Below, one piece after another: positions 33,905 to 44,331 of a DNA stretch of 64,000 nucleotides (position 1 is its first letter; each line of letters opens with the position of its first letter). Location of the stretch: assembly GCA_004297205.1 (NCBI GenBank), contig SCUL01000001.1, positions 157,862 through 221,861 on the forward strand, written 5' to 3'. Both the position numbers and the translations under genes were made by a program. Under the pieces are notes generated by a model. It was not told the DNA's origin. It made no database searches and saw only the letters and a program-made list of their open reading frames with translations. This stretch comes from Patescibacteria group bacterium. GTDB lineage: Bacteria; Patescibacteriota; Patescibacteriia; 2-12-FULL-57-11.

Positions 33905-35110
33905 TTACTCCTCCCTGTCCGCGAACAGCGAACCCTGCTTGCGTATCACGCGCGAGACGACCTGTCCAGCCGCGAGGGTCGTCTTCAATTCCGTTCCTTC
34001 CGTCACGCGGGCGTCGCGCAGGATCTTTCCATTCGCGAGGCGCGTGATGGAGTAGCCGCGTTTGAGTACGGCGTTGGGATCGAGGGAGTTGAGCAGGCGC
34101 TCCAGCGCCGTGACGCGCTGGCTGCGGCCGCGGACGACGTCTTCGAAACGCGCGCCCGCCAATGCAAAAGCATGTATCGCGTCGGCCACGCCGCGCGACT
34201 CGCGGCGCACCGCGGTTTCCATGCGGTCCACGGCCTGCGCCAGGCGGCGGTTGCCGGCACCGAGCGTGCGCTCCAGCGCGCTGAACATGATGCGCGGCTG
34301 GACGGCCAGCGCGTAGAGCGCCTCCCGACGGTCCGGCACCAGCCGCTCGGCCGCATTCGAGGGCGTCGATGCCCGCAGGTCGGCCACGTAGTCGGCGATC
34401 GTTTCATCGCGTTCGTGTCCGACGCCCACGACGACCGGAATTTTGGAGGAGAAGATGGCGCGGGCCACGGCTTCGTCGTTGAAGGCGGCCAGATCTTCCA
34501 TGGCCCCGCCGCCGCGGGTGAGCACCAGCACGTCGAACTCGGCGGCGTGGGCGTTGAACCAGCGGAAGGCGCCGACGATCTCAGCCACGGCGTCTTTGCC
34601 CTGCACGGCCACGTCGGCCAGCTTGATGTCGAGTCCGCCCCAGCGGTTGTTCAGGATGCGGAGGAAATCCGTGTAGGCAGCGGCTTCTCCCGAGGTGATG
34701 AGGCCGATGCGTTCCGGATACCGCGGCAGCGCACGTTTACGCTCCGGCGCGAACAGCCCTTCGGCAGCGAGCTTCTTCTTCATCAGCTCGAAGGCCCGCT
34801 TGAGCGCGCCCTCCCCGACCAATTCGAGCCGCGTCACGTTGATCGAAAACTTACCGCTGCGTTGGTAAATCTTGGGGTAACCGGAAACGCGGACCTTCAT
34901 CCCCTCTTCGACCGGCACCTTCAGCACGAAGGTCATGGCGAAGCAGTCGATGACGCCCTCCGGATCCTTGAGCTTGAACCAGGCGAACTTTCCCTGGGAG
35001 ACGCGAAACTCGGCGATCTCGCCTTCGATCGCCATCTGCTGTTCGTTCATGAACGAGCGCACCGCGTCGTTGAAGTACGCGATGAACTCGGAAACCTGGA
35101 AGACGTGCAT
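33905..35110 (-). CDS. xseA: exodeoxyribonuclease VII large subunit
   Basis: 401 aa. OB-fold N-terminus and catalytic core (GLITSGEAAAYTDF...VVGVGHERDETIADYVADLRASTPS). Confidence 0.9.
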   Translation of the reverse strand: MHVFQVSEFIAYFNDAVRSFMNEQQMAIEGEIAEFRVSQGKFAWFKLKDPEGVIDCFAMTFVLKVPVEEGMKVRVSGYPKIYQRSGKFSINVTRLELVGEGALKRAFELMKKKLAAEGLFAPERKRALPRYPERIGLITSGEAAAYTDFLRILNNRWGGLDIKLADVAVQGKDAVAEIVGAFRWFNAHAAEFDVLVLTRGGGAMEDLAAFNDEAVARAIFSSKIPVVVGVGHERDETIADYVADLRASTPSNAAERLVPDRREALYALAVQPRIMFSALERTLGAGNRRLAQAVDRMETAVRRESRGVADAIHAFALAGARFEDVVRGRSQRVTALERLLNSLDPNAVLKRGYSITRLANGKILRDARVTEGTELKTTLAAGQVVSRVIRKQGSLFADREE

Positions 35111-35114
35111 GGCG

Positions 35115-35753
35115 TTACAACCGGTGTTTGAGCTTGCGCTTCTTCGTCTTCAAATAGCGTTCGTTGTAGCGGTTGGGGCGGATGATGAGCGGCTGGCGGC
35201 GCACCACGATGCCCTCCTTGCGCAGATCTATGGTCTTCTGCGGATTGTTGGTGAGGAGCGTCACCGACTTCACGCGCAGCTCCTTGAGGATGTCGGCAGC
35301 CACGGTGAAGCGGCGCGCGTCGACCGGAAGTCCCAGCTGGTGGTTGGCTTCGATGGTGTCGAAGCCCTGGTCCTGCAGGTGGTAGGCCCGGATCTTGTTG
35401 GCGAGCCCGATGCCGCGCCCCTCCTGGCGCAGATAGAGCACGATGCCTTCGCCTTTCTTCTCGATCATGACCAACGACTTTTGGAGCTGGTCGTAACAGT
35501 CGCAGCGCTTCGAGCCGAAGACGTCGCCGGTCATGCACTCGCTCTGGATGCGCGTAAGCACGTCCTTCTTGCCGGCCACGCGCCCTTTGACCAGCACAAG
35601 ATGCTCCTGGCGCGGTGTGGGTTCCACGTAGGCGGCGGCCTGGAAAGAATGGAAGCGCGTCGGCAAATGGACCCATTCCGTGAAACCGGAAAGAATGGGG
35701 TGCGGATGGCCGTTGTGATGGGGATTTTTTCGAGCCATGCTAGCGGGCGACAT
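35115..35753 (-). CDS. ribA: GTP cyclohydrolase II
   Basis: RIQSECMTGDVFGSKRCDCYDQL zinc motif and LRQEGRGIGLANKIRAY. Start either ATG 35753 (14-nt overlap with ribD) or ATG 35738. Confidence 0.85.
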   Translation of the reverse strand: MSPASMARKNPHHNGHPHPILSGFTEWVHLPTRFHSFQAAAYVEPTPRQEHLVLVKGRVAGKKDVLTRIQSECMTGDVFGSKRCDCYDQLQKSLVMIEKKGEGIVLYLRQEGRGIGLANKIRAYHLQDQGFDTIEANHQLGLPVDARRFTVAADILKELRVKSVTLLTNNPQKTIDLRKEGIVVRRQPLIIRPNRYNERYLKTKKRKLKHRL

Positions 35754-36864
35754 CGTACCAGAGGATCGTCATGTCGCCGAGTGCTTCCCGTTTCTTTACG
35801 TGCAGCTTGGGACGACGCTCGTCCGGGAAGCCCCTGCCATCCACGAGCGTCGGGCTCTGCATGCCGCCGATGATCACGGGAGAGATCGCGGTGCGGATCT
35901 CGTCGACGAGTCCGGCGGCCAGCATGGCGGCGTTCAGCGTGCCGCCGCCTTCGAGCAACACGCGGCGGATGCCGTGCTGCGCGCCCAGGACCCGCATCGC
36001 TTCCGCGAGGTCGACGCGCGGCCCCGGCGTGGTGTAGACGGTGGCGACGCGCTGCAGCTTGCCGAGGTCGGCAACCGGCGTCTTGAACGTGGTGAAGATG
36101 ATCTTCTCGCCCGCGCCCGCGGTCAGGAAGCGGGAACGCGGGCTGATCTTGGCAATGTCGGCAACGGCGACTTTGGCGGGCTGCGCCGCGAGTCCCCGGC
36201 GCTGGCGCTCGCGCTGGAGCGCGGCCGAACGGACCGTGAGCCGCGGATCATCGTGCACGAGCGTGGTGCCGCCGATGAGGATGGCGTCGCTCCCGGCGCG
36301 CAGGCGGTCCACGGCCGCGGCGTCGCGGGCGTTTGAGAGCTGCACCGCGGTATGGCGCGGCGAACCGATCTTGCCGTCGGCCGACATCGCCGTCTTCATC
36401 AGCACCTGCGGCCGCCGGTTCTGAAACTGTTCGGCCATGCGTCGCGTGAAGCGGGCGTAGAGCGGCGAGATACCGGCAATGCTCCCCTGCTCGACGCGGA
36501 CGCCGGCGGCGGCGAGCGTCTCCCTGCCGCGGACGCGCGGATGCGGATCGCGCGTGCCGAAGACGACGCGGGTGATTCCGGCTTGCATGAGGGCGTGGCT
36601 GCAGGAACCGGTCCGCTTGCCCGGAAACCACGTGCACGGCTCGAGCGTCACATAGAGCGTGGCGCCCCTGGCGCGCCGGCCGGCCTGGACCAGCGCTTTG
36701 ACCTCGGCGTGCCGGAGGCTGCTTGGCGTATAGGTACCGCGGCCGACGACGCGGCCGTCACGCACCACCACGGCGCCTGTGGGGGCGCCGTGTGCAATGC
36801 GGGAGGCGTACGGCTTGGCCAGCCGCAGTGCCTCGGCGAGATGTTTCCGGTCTTCTTGGGTCAT
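35740..36864 (-). CDS. ribD: bifunctional diaminohydroxyphosphoribosylaminopyrimidine deaminase / 5-amino-6-(5-phosphoribosylamino)uracil reductase
   Basis: HAEVKAL...PCTWF... CDA-fold zinc motif, plus C-terminal RibD reductase domain. Confidence 0.85.
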   Translation of the reverse strand: MTQEDRKHLAEALRLAKPYASRIAHGAPTGAVVVRDGRVVGRGTYTPSSLRHAEVKALVQAGRRARGATLYVTLEPCTWFPGKRTGSCSHALMQAGITRVVFGTRDPHPRVRGRETLAAAGVRVEQGSIAGISPLYARFTRRMAEQFQNRRPQVLMKTAMSADGKIGSPRHTAVQLSNARDAAAVDRLRAGSDAILIGGTTLVHDDPRLTVRSAALQRERQRRGLAAQPAKVAVADIAKISPRSRFLTAGAGEKIIFTTFKTPVADLGKLQRVATVYTTPGPRVDLAEAMRVLGAQHGIRRVLLEGGGTLNAAMLAAGLVDEIRTAISPVIIGGMQSPTLVDGRGFPDERRPKLHVKKREALGDMTILWYDVAR

Positions 36865-36867
36865 CGT

Positions 36868-38931
36868 TTATTTCTTCAGCGCGCCTCCCCATTCAACGAC
36901 CGTGAATCCGCTGCGCTCGATCTTCGGCAGCGACAGCGGCGCGACGCTGATCGGCGCCTGCAGGCCGCGGTACTCCATGAAGACGCGGTAGACGCGATCC
37001 GGTTCCGGCGTGATGGAGAGCGGCGCGTCGCGGTCGAAGTCGCCCTGCGGCACGAAGGTGATGAAGGTGTAGGGCGTGTCCGGCAGACGCGGCACCCAGA
37101 ACTCGCGGAACTCGGCGCTCTCGCGCTCCGTGAAGCCGATCTTGGCGAGCGTCGTCTTCAACCAGGCGTCGGCCTCGGCCGTCTTTACGACGAAGCCGTT
37201 GGTCGGCGTTTTGTAGTTCACGCCGGTCCCCTCCCAATAGAGGTTCGGGTAGGTCTTGCCGTCGGCGGCGTTCACCACATAACCGTCCGGCCGGGCCGTG
37301 ACCTTCCAGCCGCGCGCACCGTGCGGCGGTTCGGAGACGGTCATCTGACCTTTGAGCCCGACGCGCACCGCAACGGACATCTGCTTCTCCGGATAGAGAT
37401 AGATGACCGGTTTGCCGCACTCCACCGCGGGCAGTGCATCGAGCCGCACCCAGCGCACCCAGCGGCCGAGCGGATCCTTCCAGTAGAACAACGGACGCGT
37501 GGCAACGAAGGCCTCGAACGTCGGGCGGACCTCCCCTTCCGGCACGTAGGCAACCGACGCGTCATACAATGCACGCAATTCTTCGTCTCGGAGATTCTTC
37601 AAGGTGTAGACGATGTCGCCGTTCGACAGCCGACCCGCTTCGAGCAGCCGCTCGGACGGTTTCACCTCGCTTTCCGGACGGACCGCGTAGCAGCTTGTGG
37701 CGCCGCAGCCGCCGATGTCGGCGTGCATGTAGTCGGCCGCGTTGACCACGCCGTCGCTCCAGGTGAGCTGCGGAATGCGCGCGGTATCGCCGGGGAAGCG
37801 CCCCTCGCCGGAAAAGAAGGACAACACGAAGTCATACTGCGCGAAGGTATGGTCCGGCCGCTTCACCAACAGGCAGTTGAAGCCGGCTTCGGCATAGAGC
37901 GTGCGGCCGTCGGCAGTGCGGCCGACCTCGGTCACGTCGTTCCTGGTCACGAAGCGGCTTCGCTCGAATTCGGGGCGGACGAGCTGGACATCCGCACCGC
38001 GCAGCGTGAGACGGATCGGCAGGTCCAGCTCGGCGATGCGCAGCGTGGCGTCGTCCGCCACGCGGTTGCCCGGCTGTATGAAGCCGGTCGGCTGACCGTA
38101 GGAGCCGGACATCTCGCCGACCGTGGACGGGCTGATATAGAGGACGTCCGCCGCGCGCGGACCGTACGCGGCCAGGTTCACCAGTCGATGCGTTTGGGCG
38201 TCGACGATGAAACGCATCATCGGCTGCTGGAAGCAGAGGTCGATGCAGGGCATGAACGCCACGAGCACGTCGGCGCCGGCGTAGGCGGCGCTCATCACCG
38301 TGCCGACCTTGTAGTATTCGGAGACGAACTCTCCACCCTGGGGAACGACGTCGTTGACCTGTTGCCCCTCCAAACCGAGCGCCGTGGCGACGTCATAGGC
38401 GCTCATTTCGAGCGGAATATCGCGCCAGTCCACGGTGATGCTCGTCGACGGCCCTTCGTCGGCCACGGACGATGCGGGAATCAACACGTCGCGCCAAGCG
38501 GTTTGCACCATGCCGTCCACGCGGGTCTCAAAAAGGAAGCGGACGGTCCCGGTGCCGACCTCAGTGCGGTTGAACGCGGCCGACCAGCGGCGCGTGTCCG
38601 GGTCGTATTGCGAAAGGGTGCCTCCCGCGTCGGTCGGACCGTTCGGTCCCTGCCAGCGGACGCTGACTCCTTCGGCCTCCGCCGCCAACGTGCCGGTGAA
38701 GATGATCTCGCGGTCGGTGAGGATCGGCGGCGTGTCGGAAAGTCCGATCAGAAGATCCGCGGCCGGCGTCTCCGACTCGCCGGAAACGGTCGGTGCGGCC
38801 GGGGCCGGAGCCGGCGCGGCGTCCGGACGGGTGATCACCAGGATGATGACGGTGCCCGCAAACAGCGCGAGCAGCATGCCGATCACGATGAGATAGGCGT
38901 ATTGGGCGATGCCCCGGCGGTCTGCGAACAT
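36868..38931 (-). CDS. large hypothetical membrane-anchored exported protein
   Basis: Start MFADRRGIAQYAYLIVIGMLLALFAGTVIILVI (one TM). ~690 aa extracytoplasmic, no recognisable domain. Track start at 38991 would overlap the upstream gene by 50 nt. Confidence 0.45.
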   Translation of the reverse strand: MFADRRGIAQYAYLIVIGMLLALFAGTVIILVITRPDAAPAPAPAAPTVSGESETPAADLLIGLSDTPPILTDREIIFTGTLAAEAEGVSVRWQGPNGPTDAGGTLSQYDPDTRRWSAAFNRTEVGTGTVRFLFETRVDGMVQTAWRDVLIPASSVADEGPSTSITVDWRDIPLEMSAYDVATALGLEGQQVNDVVPQGGEFVSEYYKVGTVMSAAYAGADVLVAFMPCIDLCFQQPMMRFIVDAQTHRLVNLAAYGPRAADVLYISPSTVGEMSGSYGQPTGFIQPGNRVADDATLRIAELDLPIRLTLRGADVQLVRPEFERSRFVTRNDVTEVGRTADGRTLYAEAGFNCLLVKRPDHTFAQYDFVLSFFSGEGRFPGDTARIPQLTWSDGVVNAADYMHADIGGCGATSCYAVRPESEVKPSERLLEAGRLSNGDIVYTLKNLRDEELRALYDASVAYVPEGEVRPTFEAFVATRPLFYWKDPLGRWVRWVRLDALPAVECGKPVIYLYPEKQMSVAVRVGLKGQMTVSEPPHGARGWKVTARPDGYVVNAADGKTYPNLYWEGTGVNYKTPTNGFVVKTAEADAWLKTTLAKIGFTERESAEFREFWVPRLPDTPYTFITFVPQGDFDRDAPLSITPEPDRVYRVFMEYRGLQAPISVAPLSLPKIERSGFTVVEWGGALKK

Positions 38932-38941
38932 AGAATCGCGG

Positions 38942-40789
38942 TTAAAAAGTCCACTCCAGTATACCCGTTTTCGCCTGTTCCCGCAGCGCATCCGGCAGGT
39001 CCGAACGCTCGGCGAATGCCGTCAGCAACGCTCGCCCCTCGTCCCCCAAAGCCAGTCGTGGTTGGCTCTTCTGGGAGACCGTTGGAAAGAGATAGGCCGT
39101 CATCCCCCGCTCCCCGATGGCCAACCCGAGCGCGAGTCCCCGCTGCGTCTCCTTCGACCAGTCCTGATCAAAGACGAAGTTGCCGAGCGACCAGAAGATC
39201 GGTTTGCCCTGCCAGAGTTCCATCCCCTCCATGACGTGCGGGTGATGGCCGATCACGGCGTCCGCGCCCCACTCCACCAGCTTCCGCCCGAGCGCGACCT
39301 GCGTCGTTGTCGGCCGTGGTTTGTACTCGGCGCCCCAGTGGATTTGTACGAGCAAGACATCGTGCGCGGCTGCGGCGGCGCGCACCGCCGCTTCGGCGGC
39401 CTTCTCATCGAGCGCATTATCGGTGACGTTGTAGCAGAGCATGGCCACGCGCCGGCCACGCACGGTCGTCGTCCATGGCGGCTCGCTGTCGCGCACCTGG
39501 TGGCCGCAACCGCCGATGCCCGCCTCTTGGAGCGCGGCCTGCGTCTCGTCGTGTCCGGCAGCACCCTGGTCCAAACTGTGGTTGTTGGCCGTGCTGACGA
39601 CGTCGAAGCCGAGCGAGGCAAGAAGCGCGGCGACGCTCCGATCAAAAGAGAAGTCGATGGTCTTGTTCGGCGCGCGACGTGCCGAGATCGCGCCCTCCAA
39701 GTTTCCCGTGACGATATCGGCGCCGCGGAAGAAGCGGCCCTCCGCGCCGCGGATCAACGCGAACGGGTAGGCCTGACCGAACTTTGCCATCCGCGCGCGC
39801 ACCTCGCGGTCGAGCATGAGGTCGCCCACGGCAAGCACGGTGACGAGCGGCTCCGGCGCGGCGTCGGCCGGCGCAAAAGCCGCGGTCACCGCGCTCGTGG
39901 TTTCTGGCAGATCCGGCTGCGCCGCCAGCTGGGCCGAGTTCTTGTTGCCGAGCACGGTCATGCCGAGCGCGCCGCGCCGTTGCATGATTCGCAAAAACAC
40001 CCGGAGCGCCTCGGGCGAGTCGATCTCCAGATCGCCGACGAGTGCCGGATCCGCGTACGAGAGCGCGGCACGGCTGGTGCGGTCATGGAAGCGCGCCACG
40101 CGGTCCGGCTGATAATGGGAAAAATCGACCGAAGCGATGACCAGTGTCCGCTCGTCCACGGGAAGCGCCTCGGCCAGCGCCGCCTCCTGCGCTTCACCCA
40201 GACGGCCGTTGACGAGCACCGGGAGGATGGCGGCATCCGGGAAACTCTTCTTGATGAACGGCACGAGCGTCGAGACGGAGTGCTCGAGGTCGAACACGGC
40301 CTCCTCGTTTGCGGCGGCGCTCTCCGGGAGGCGCGCCGCGGCGGGATCCGGCGCCAGCCTGCCGTACGGCGTCCGCCATGAGGCGCGCGAGACGACGGCT
40401 GGCGCTCGCGTTCTGCCGAGGTGGTCCGGCCCGATGACGATGACGCGGGTCGGTGGCTCGGGAAACGCGGAGACCGCGCCGGCAATGAGCGGCGCAGCGA
40501 GCAGATAGTGCGGCAGGACCAATCCCTGGGTGCGTGCCGGAAGTGCCGCAGGCAGCGCCTGCGCATAGGCGCGGTCGTACACATCCGACGATAGGAAATA
40601 GGAGAGGTGTTCGGCGGTCGGTTCCGTGGCTGCGGCAACGCGCGGGGCGCTCGGTGCGGCGCCGTCGACGGGGACGCCGCCGCGTGCGGCAACAAGGATC
40701 GTCGAGGCGCCGAGCGCGGCCGCAAGCATGACCGCGGTCAGCGCATGTCCGTACGGCACCGGATCGAACAACGTATGGCTGTGCGACAT
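38942..40789 (-). CDS. fusion protein: MEMO1-like (AmmeMemoRadiSam system protein B) domain plus CapA/PGA_cap metallophosphatase domain, membrane-anchored
   Basis: N-terminal TM. VIVIGPDH ... DFSHY (Memo-like). C-terminal LAVGDLMLDREV...VVSTANNHSLDQG...VIGHHPHVMEG (CapA poly-gamma-glutamate capsule-synthesis family). Confidence 0.6.
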   Translation of the reverse strand: MSHSHTLFDPVPYGHALTAVMLAAALGASTILVAARGGVPVDGAAPSAPRVAAATEPTAEHLSYFLSSDVYDRAYAQALPAALPARTQGLVLPHYLLAAPLIAGAVSAFPEPPTRVIVIGPDHLGRTRAPAVVSRASWRTPYGRLAPDPAAARLPESAAANEEAVFDLEHSVSTLVPFIKKSFPDAAILPVLVNGRLGEAQEAALAEALPVDERTLVIASVDFSHYQPDRVARFHDRTSRAALSYADPALVGDLEIDSPEALRVFLRIMQRRGALGMTVLGNKNSAQLAAQPDLPETTSAVTAAFAPADAAPEPLVTVLAVGDLMLDREVRARMAKFGQAYPFALIRGAEGRFFRGADIVTGNLEGAISARRAPNKTIDFSFDRSVAALLASLGFDVVSTANNHSLDQGAAGHDETQAALQEAGIGGCGHQVRDSEPPWTTTVRGRRVAMLCYNVTDNALDEKAAEAAVRAAAAAHDVLLVQIHWGAEYKPRPTTTQVALGRKLVEWGADAVIGHHPHVMEGMELWQGKPIFWSLGNFVFDQDWSKETQRGLALGLAIGERGMTAYLFPTVSQKSQPRLALGDEGRALLTAFAERSDLPDALREQAKTGILEWTF

Positions 40790-40790
40790 A

Positions 40791-41090
40791 TCACTGTTCG
40801 CGCTGCCAGGCCTCGAGCCCGCCGGAGAGGTTGCGCACGTCCGTGAAACCCGCCTGCGTGAGCGCCTCGGCGGCGGCGCGCGAGCGGCGGCCGCTGCGGC
40901 AATACAACACGAGCGGCGCGTCCTTGCGCATGCCGGACAACTTCTCCGCGAGGTGCTCGGCAGGGATCAAAATGGACTTGGGGATCTTTCCCTCGGCGAG
41001 TTCCTCCGGATCGCGGACGTCGACAAGAAAACAGCCGTCGCTCTCCAGCAACGTCTTCAGTTCGCGGACGGTGATTTCTTTCCCGGTCAT
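40791..41090 (-). CDS. rhodanese-domain protein
   Basis: Start MTGKEITVRELK. Active-site loop LYCRSGRRS. ATGA overlap with the downstream gene. Confidence 0.7.
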   Translation of the reverse strand: MTGKEITVRELKTLLESDGCFLVDVRDPEELAEGKIPKSILIPAEHLAEKLSGMRKDAPLVLYCRSGRRSRAAAEALTQAGFTDVRNLSGGLEAWQREQ

Positions 41091-42244
41091 TCTTTCTTGA
41101 GTGCCGCTTCCGTATAAACGTTGCGCGCGTTCCAGAGCAGCCAGCCTTCGGCGCCGCGTTTTTCGGCGGCATCGATCTGCTGGCGCACCATGGCCGCGGT
41201 GTAATCGGCGCCCAGATCGAAATCCTGGAGCCACGGCCGGACGCCGCGGAAGTCCGGGCGCACCGCGTCGATGATCGTCTGCCCGTCGGCGAGCGCGTCG
41301 TCAACGACCACGCCGGGCGAGGCGGCGGGGTTGGCGAGGCCGAGGTGGCCGGACGGATAATGCGAGGGATAGACCATCGGCGACACGAAATCGACGTACG
41401 GCAGGACGAGCGCCAGGCGCTGGCCGATGCCGAGATCGTAGCCGTCCTCGACGCGGAAGGTGTAGCCGAAGAGATCGGCGGACAGCGGTATCCCCTGCGC
41501 GCGCAGGCGGTCGTCCATGTATGCGAAGAAACGCTCCATGACTTCCGGTTTCGATTCGACGCGGTCCCAGGCCGGATAGGTGATCGTCGAGATGTCGCCA
41601 TCGGAAGCGAAACGCACGTAGTCGAACTGGATCTCGTCGAAGCCGGCGGCATGCGCCTCTTCCGCGAGCACGGCGTTGTATTCCCAAACGCCCTGCGCGG
41701 CCGGATCGAGCCAGCGGATGCCGCGGCGGTCGCGCCACAGTCCCCCGCCCCGCCGTCCCATGGCGAGCTCGGGGTGACGGTCGGCGAACCAGGAGTCCTG
41801 GAACACCGGCAGGCGCGCGATCAGGTACAGCCCGTGCGCATGCGCGTCGGCGGCGACGGCGGCAAGATCCGGGATGGTCGGCTTCTCCCGGCTGATGTCC
41901 GCGTAGTCCGGATGGACGATGCGGAAGCCCGGCGCGCCGCTGTCGTCCTTCAAATCGACAGCCAGGGCGTTGATCTCGGTGCGATCGGCGAGCGCCAGCA
42001 TTTCCTGGTACTTCGCTCCCACGGCGCTGGCCGTCGTCAGGTAGATCGCTTTGACTCGTTCCGGCTTGGCAGCGTGGCGCGTGACCGCATCGCCACGCTC
42101 CTCCTCCACGACGGCGTCGGTCACCGTGACGACCGTCGTATCCGGACGGAGGCGCAGGGTGACAACGACCAGCCCGCAAACGGCGCCGAACGCGAGCAGC
42201 GCAGCCGCCGCAACCAACCCCGGACGATACTGCGAGCCGGTCAT
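41087..42244 (-). CDS. putative glycoside-hydrolase-like (GHL / DUF4015) membrane-anchored protein
   Basis: N-terminal TM. VKAIYLTTASAVGAKYQEMLALADRTEINALAVDLKDDSG resembles DUF4015 (TIM-barrel hydrolase-like). Confidence 0.55.
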   Translation of the reverse strand: MTGSQYRPGLVAAAALLAFGAVCGLVVVTLRLRPDTTVVTVTDAVVEEERGDAVTRHAAKPERVKAIYLTTASAVGAKYQEMLALADRTEINALAVDLKDDSGAPGFRIVHPDYADISREKPTIPDLAAVAADAHAHGLYLIARLPVFQDSWFADRHPELAMGRRGGGLWRDRRGIRWLDPAAQGVWEYNAVLAEEAHAAGFDEIQFDYVRFASDGDISTITYPAWDRVESKPEVMERFFAYMDDRLRAQGIPLSADLFGYTFRVEDGYDLGIGQRLALVLPYVDFVSPMVYPSHYPSGHLGLANPAASPGVVVDDALADGQTIIDAVRPDFRGVRPWLQDFDLGADYTAAMVRQQIDAAEKRGAEGWLLWNARNVYTEAALKKE

Positions 42245-42245
42245 A

Positions 42246-42704
42246 TCAGCCGAGGAAAAACAGGTGCGCGAGCAGGCCCAAAAGCGTCGCGTAGCCGGCG
42301 GTGGCGAGCAGGAGTTCCAGCCAGACGGAGCCGCCCTCGCGCCGGCCGAAGACGCCCAGCCCCGTCATCGGCAGCATCACGCCGCCGATCACGACGTAGT
42401 AGCCGAGCGCGTAAAAGGCCAACGACGACGGACTCCACGGCAGGCCGGGCAGGCGGTTCGCAAAAAGCACGTAGGCGCCGCCGAAGAGCGTGCTCATGAG
42501 GAGATGCACGGCGACCGACCACCACAGCACCGCGTCCGGGGACAGCCGGGCGCCCCAGAACGTTTTTACGTCCATGAGGATCGGGAGGTTGCGGCCGTGA
42601 TGCAGCGTTTCGGAGACGAAGGCCGGCACCGCCAGGACGAGGCCGATCACGAACCCCGAAAACATCGCCTCGAAGACGGACATATCAAGGGCATGGTATC
42701 GCAT
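42246..42704 (-). CDS. hypothetical 4-TM membrane protein
   Basis: Track ORF, hydrophobic segments throughout. Stop 1 nt from the upstream gene start. Confidence 0.45.
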   Translation of the reverse strand: MRYHALDMSVFEAMFSGFVIGLVLAVPAFVSETLHHGRNLPILMDVKTFWGARLSPDAVLWWSVAVHLLMSTLFGGAYVLFANRLPGLPWSPSSLAFYALGYYVVIGGVMLPMTGLGVFGRREGGSVWLELLLATAGYATLLGLLAHLFFLG

Positions 42705-42753
42705 GGCCCCAAAACAAAACAGGGCGGAAATCCCCGCCCTGCCTGGTCCCGGC

Positions 42754-43632
42754 TTACGGGTTCGGATGCACGACGATCATCACTTTCCGGCCGTTCGCCA
42801 CGTCGCCGCCGTTCCAGTCGTGCGCGGCGTTCAGGATCGTGGAAATCGGGTAGACGTAGTCGGCGCCTTTACGGGTGCCCGGATCCCCCGTGATGAAGGT
42901 GTTCGCCGTGTAGCCCTTCACCACAAGCATGTGATAGACCGGGCCACCGTTCTTGAAGTTCGGGTTGTTCAGCGCCTTGCCGTAGGACGGCACGATGACC
43001 GGCCGGCCGGCGGCGACTTCGCGCTTGATGCGCTCGGCCGTCACCTCTTCGGTGACGACGACGGTGGAGTAACCGAAGTATTGGCGGATCATCTCCGCCG
43101 TCTGCTCGGCGGTGGTGCTCAGGTTGAGGCCGAAGTGGGCATCCTCCCAGGCAAACAGCTTGTCCAGCTCGTCCTTGGACTCCTGCTGCGAGTCGAACGT
43201 TTGGTGCGTGTAGTAGTAGTGGACCATCAAGGCCGAGGCCTCTTCGCAGCCGTCCTCGTAAGAACCGGTCCAGTTGGCGAACGGCGCCTGCACCGTCCAA
43301 GGCACGGCCAGGTTGTAGGAGGCAGGCAGAGCGGCCGGCGCGTTGGTATTGGCATTGACGTTGACGTTCGCGGACGCGGCGTTCACGTTCACCGGACGGT
43401 TCACGTTCGTGTTTGCGGGGCGGTTGGTGTTGGTGTTCGTCGGCGCGGGCGGAGCGGCGTTGACGTTCGCGGGCGTCGTGGTCGCTGCCGGCACGTACGG
43501 CACGGCGGCCGGAAGATCCGGTTTACGCGCCGCGTCGATGGCATCGCGGATCTGGCCGCGCTGGGCATAGCCGAAACCGCCGACCACGAGGAGGACGGCG
43601 GCGACCGCGGCGATGATCTGTCCGCGTTTCAT
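42754..43632 (-). CDS. C39-like cysteine peptidase domain protein (PF13529-like) with TM anchor and Asn/Thr/Pro/Val low-complexity linker
   Basis: Start MKRGQIIAAVAAVLLVVGGF. Linker PANTNTNRPANTNVNRPVNVNAASANVNVNANTNAP. Core WTGSYEDGCEEASALMVHYYY. Confidence 0.5.
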   Translation of the reverse strand: MKRGQIIAAVAAVLLVVGGFGYAQRGQIRDAIDAARKPDLPAAVPYVPAATTTPANVNAAPPAPTNTNTNRPANTNVNRPVNVNAASANVNVNANTNAPAALPASYNLAVPWTVQAPFANWTGSYEDGCEEASALMVHYYYTHQTFDSQQESKDELDKLFAWEDAHFGLNLSTTAEQTAEMIRQYFGYSTVVVTEEVTAERIKREVAAGRPVIVPSYGKALNNPNFKNGGPVYHMLVVKGYTANTFITGDPGTRKGADYVYPISTILNAAHDWNGGDVANGRKVMIVVHPNP

Positions 43633-43682
43633 ACGAATGGCTCTACCACACTTCCCCCATTCTTTCAAGCCCCCACGCTCGG

Positions 43683-44330
<648 letters not shown>

Positions 44331-44331
44331 A

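Noticed and set aside
36352-39234. 960-aa plus-strand ORF spanning ribD and the large hypothetical gene
   Set aside because: Antisense to ribD (clear CDA zinc motif) and compositionally artefactual.
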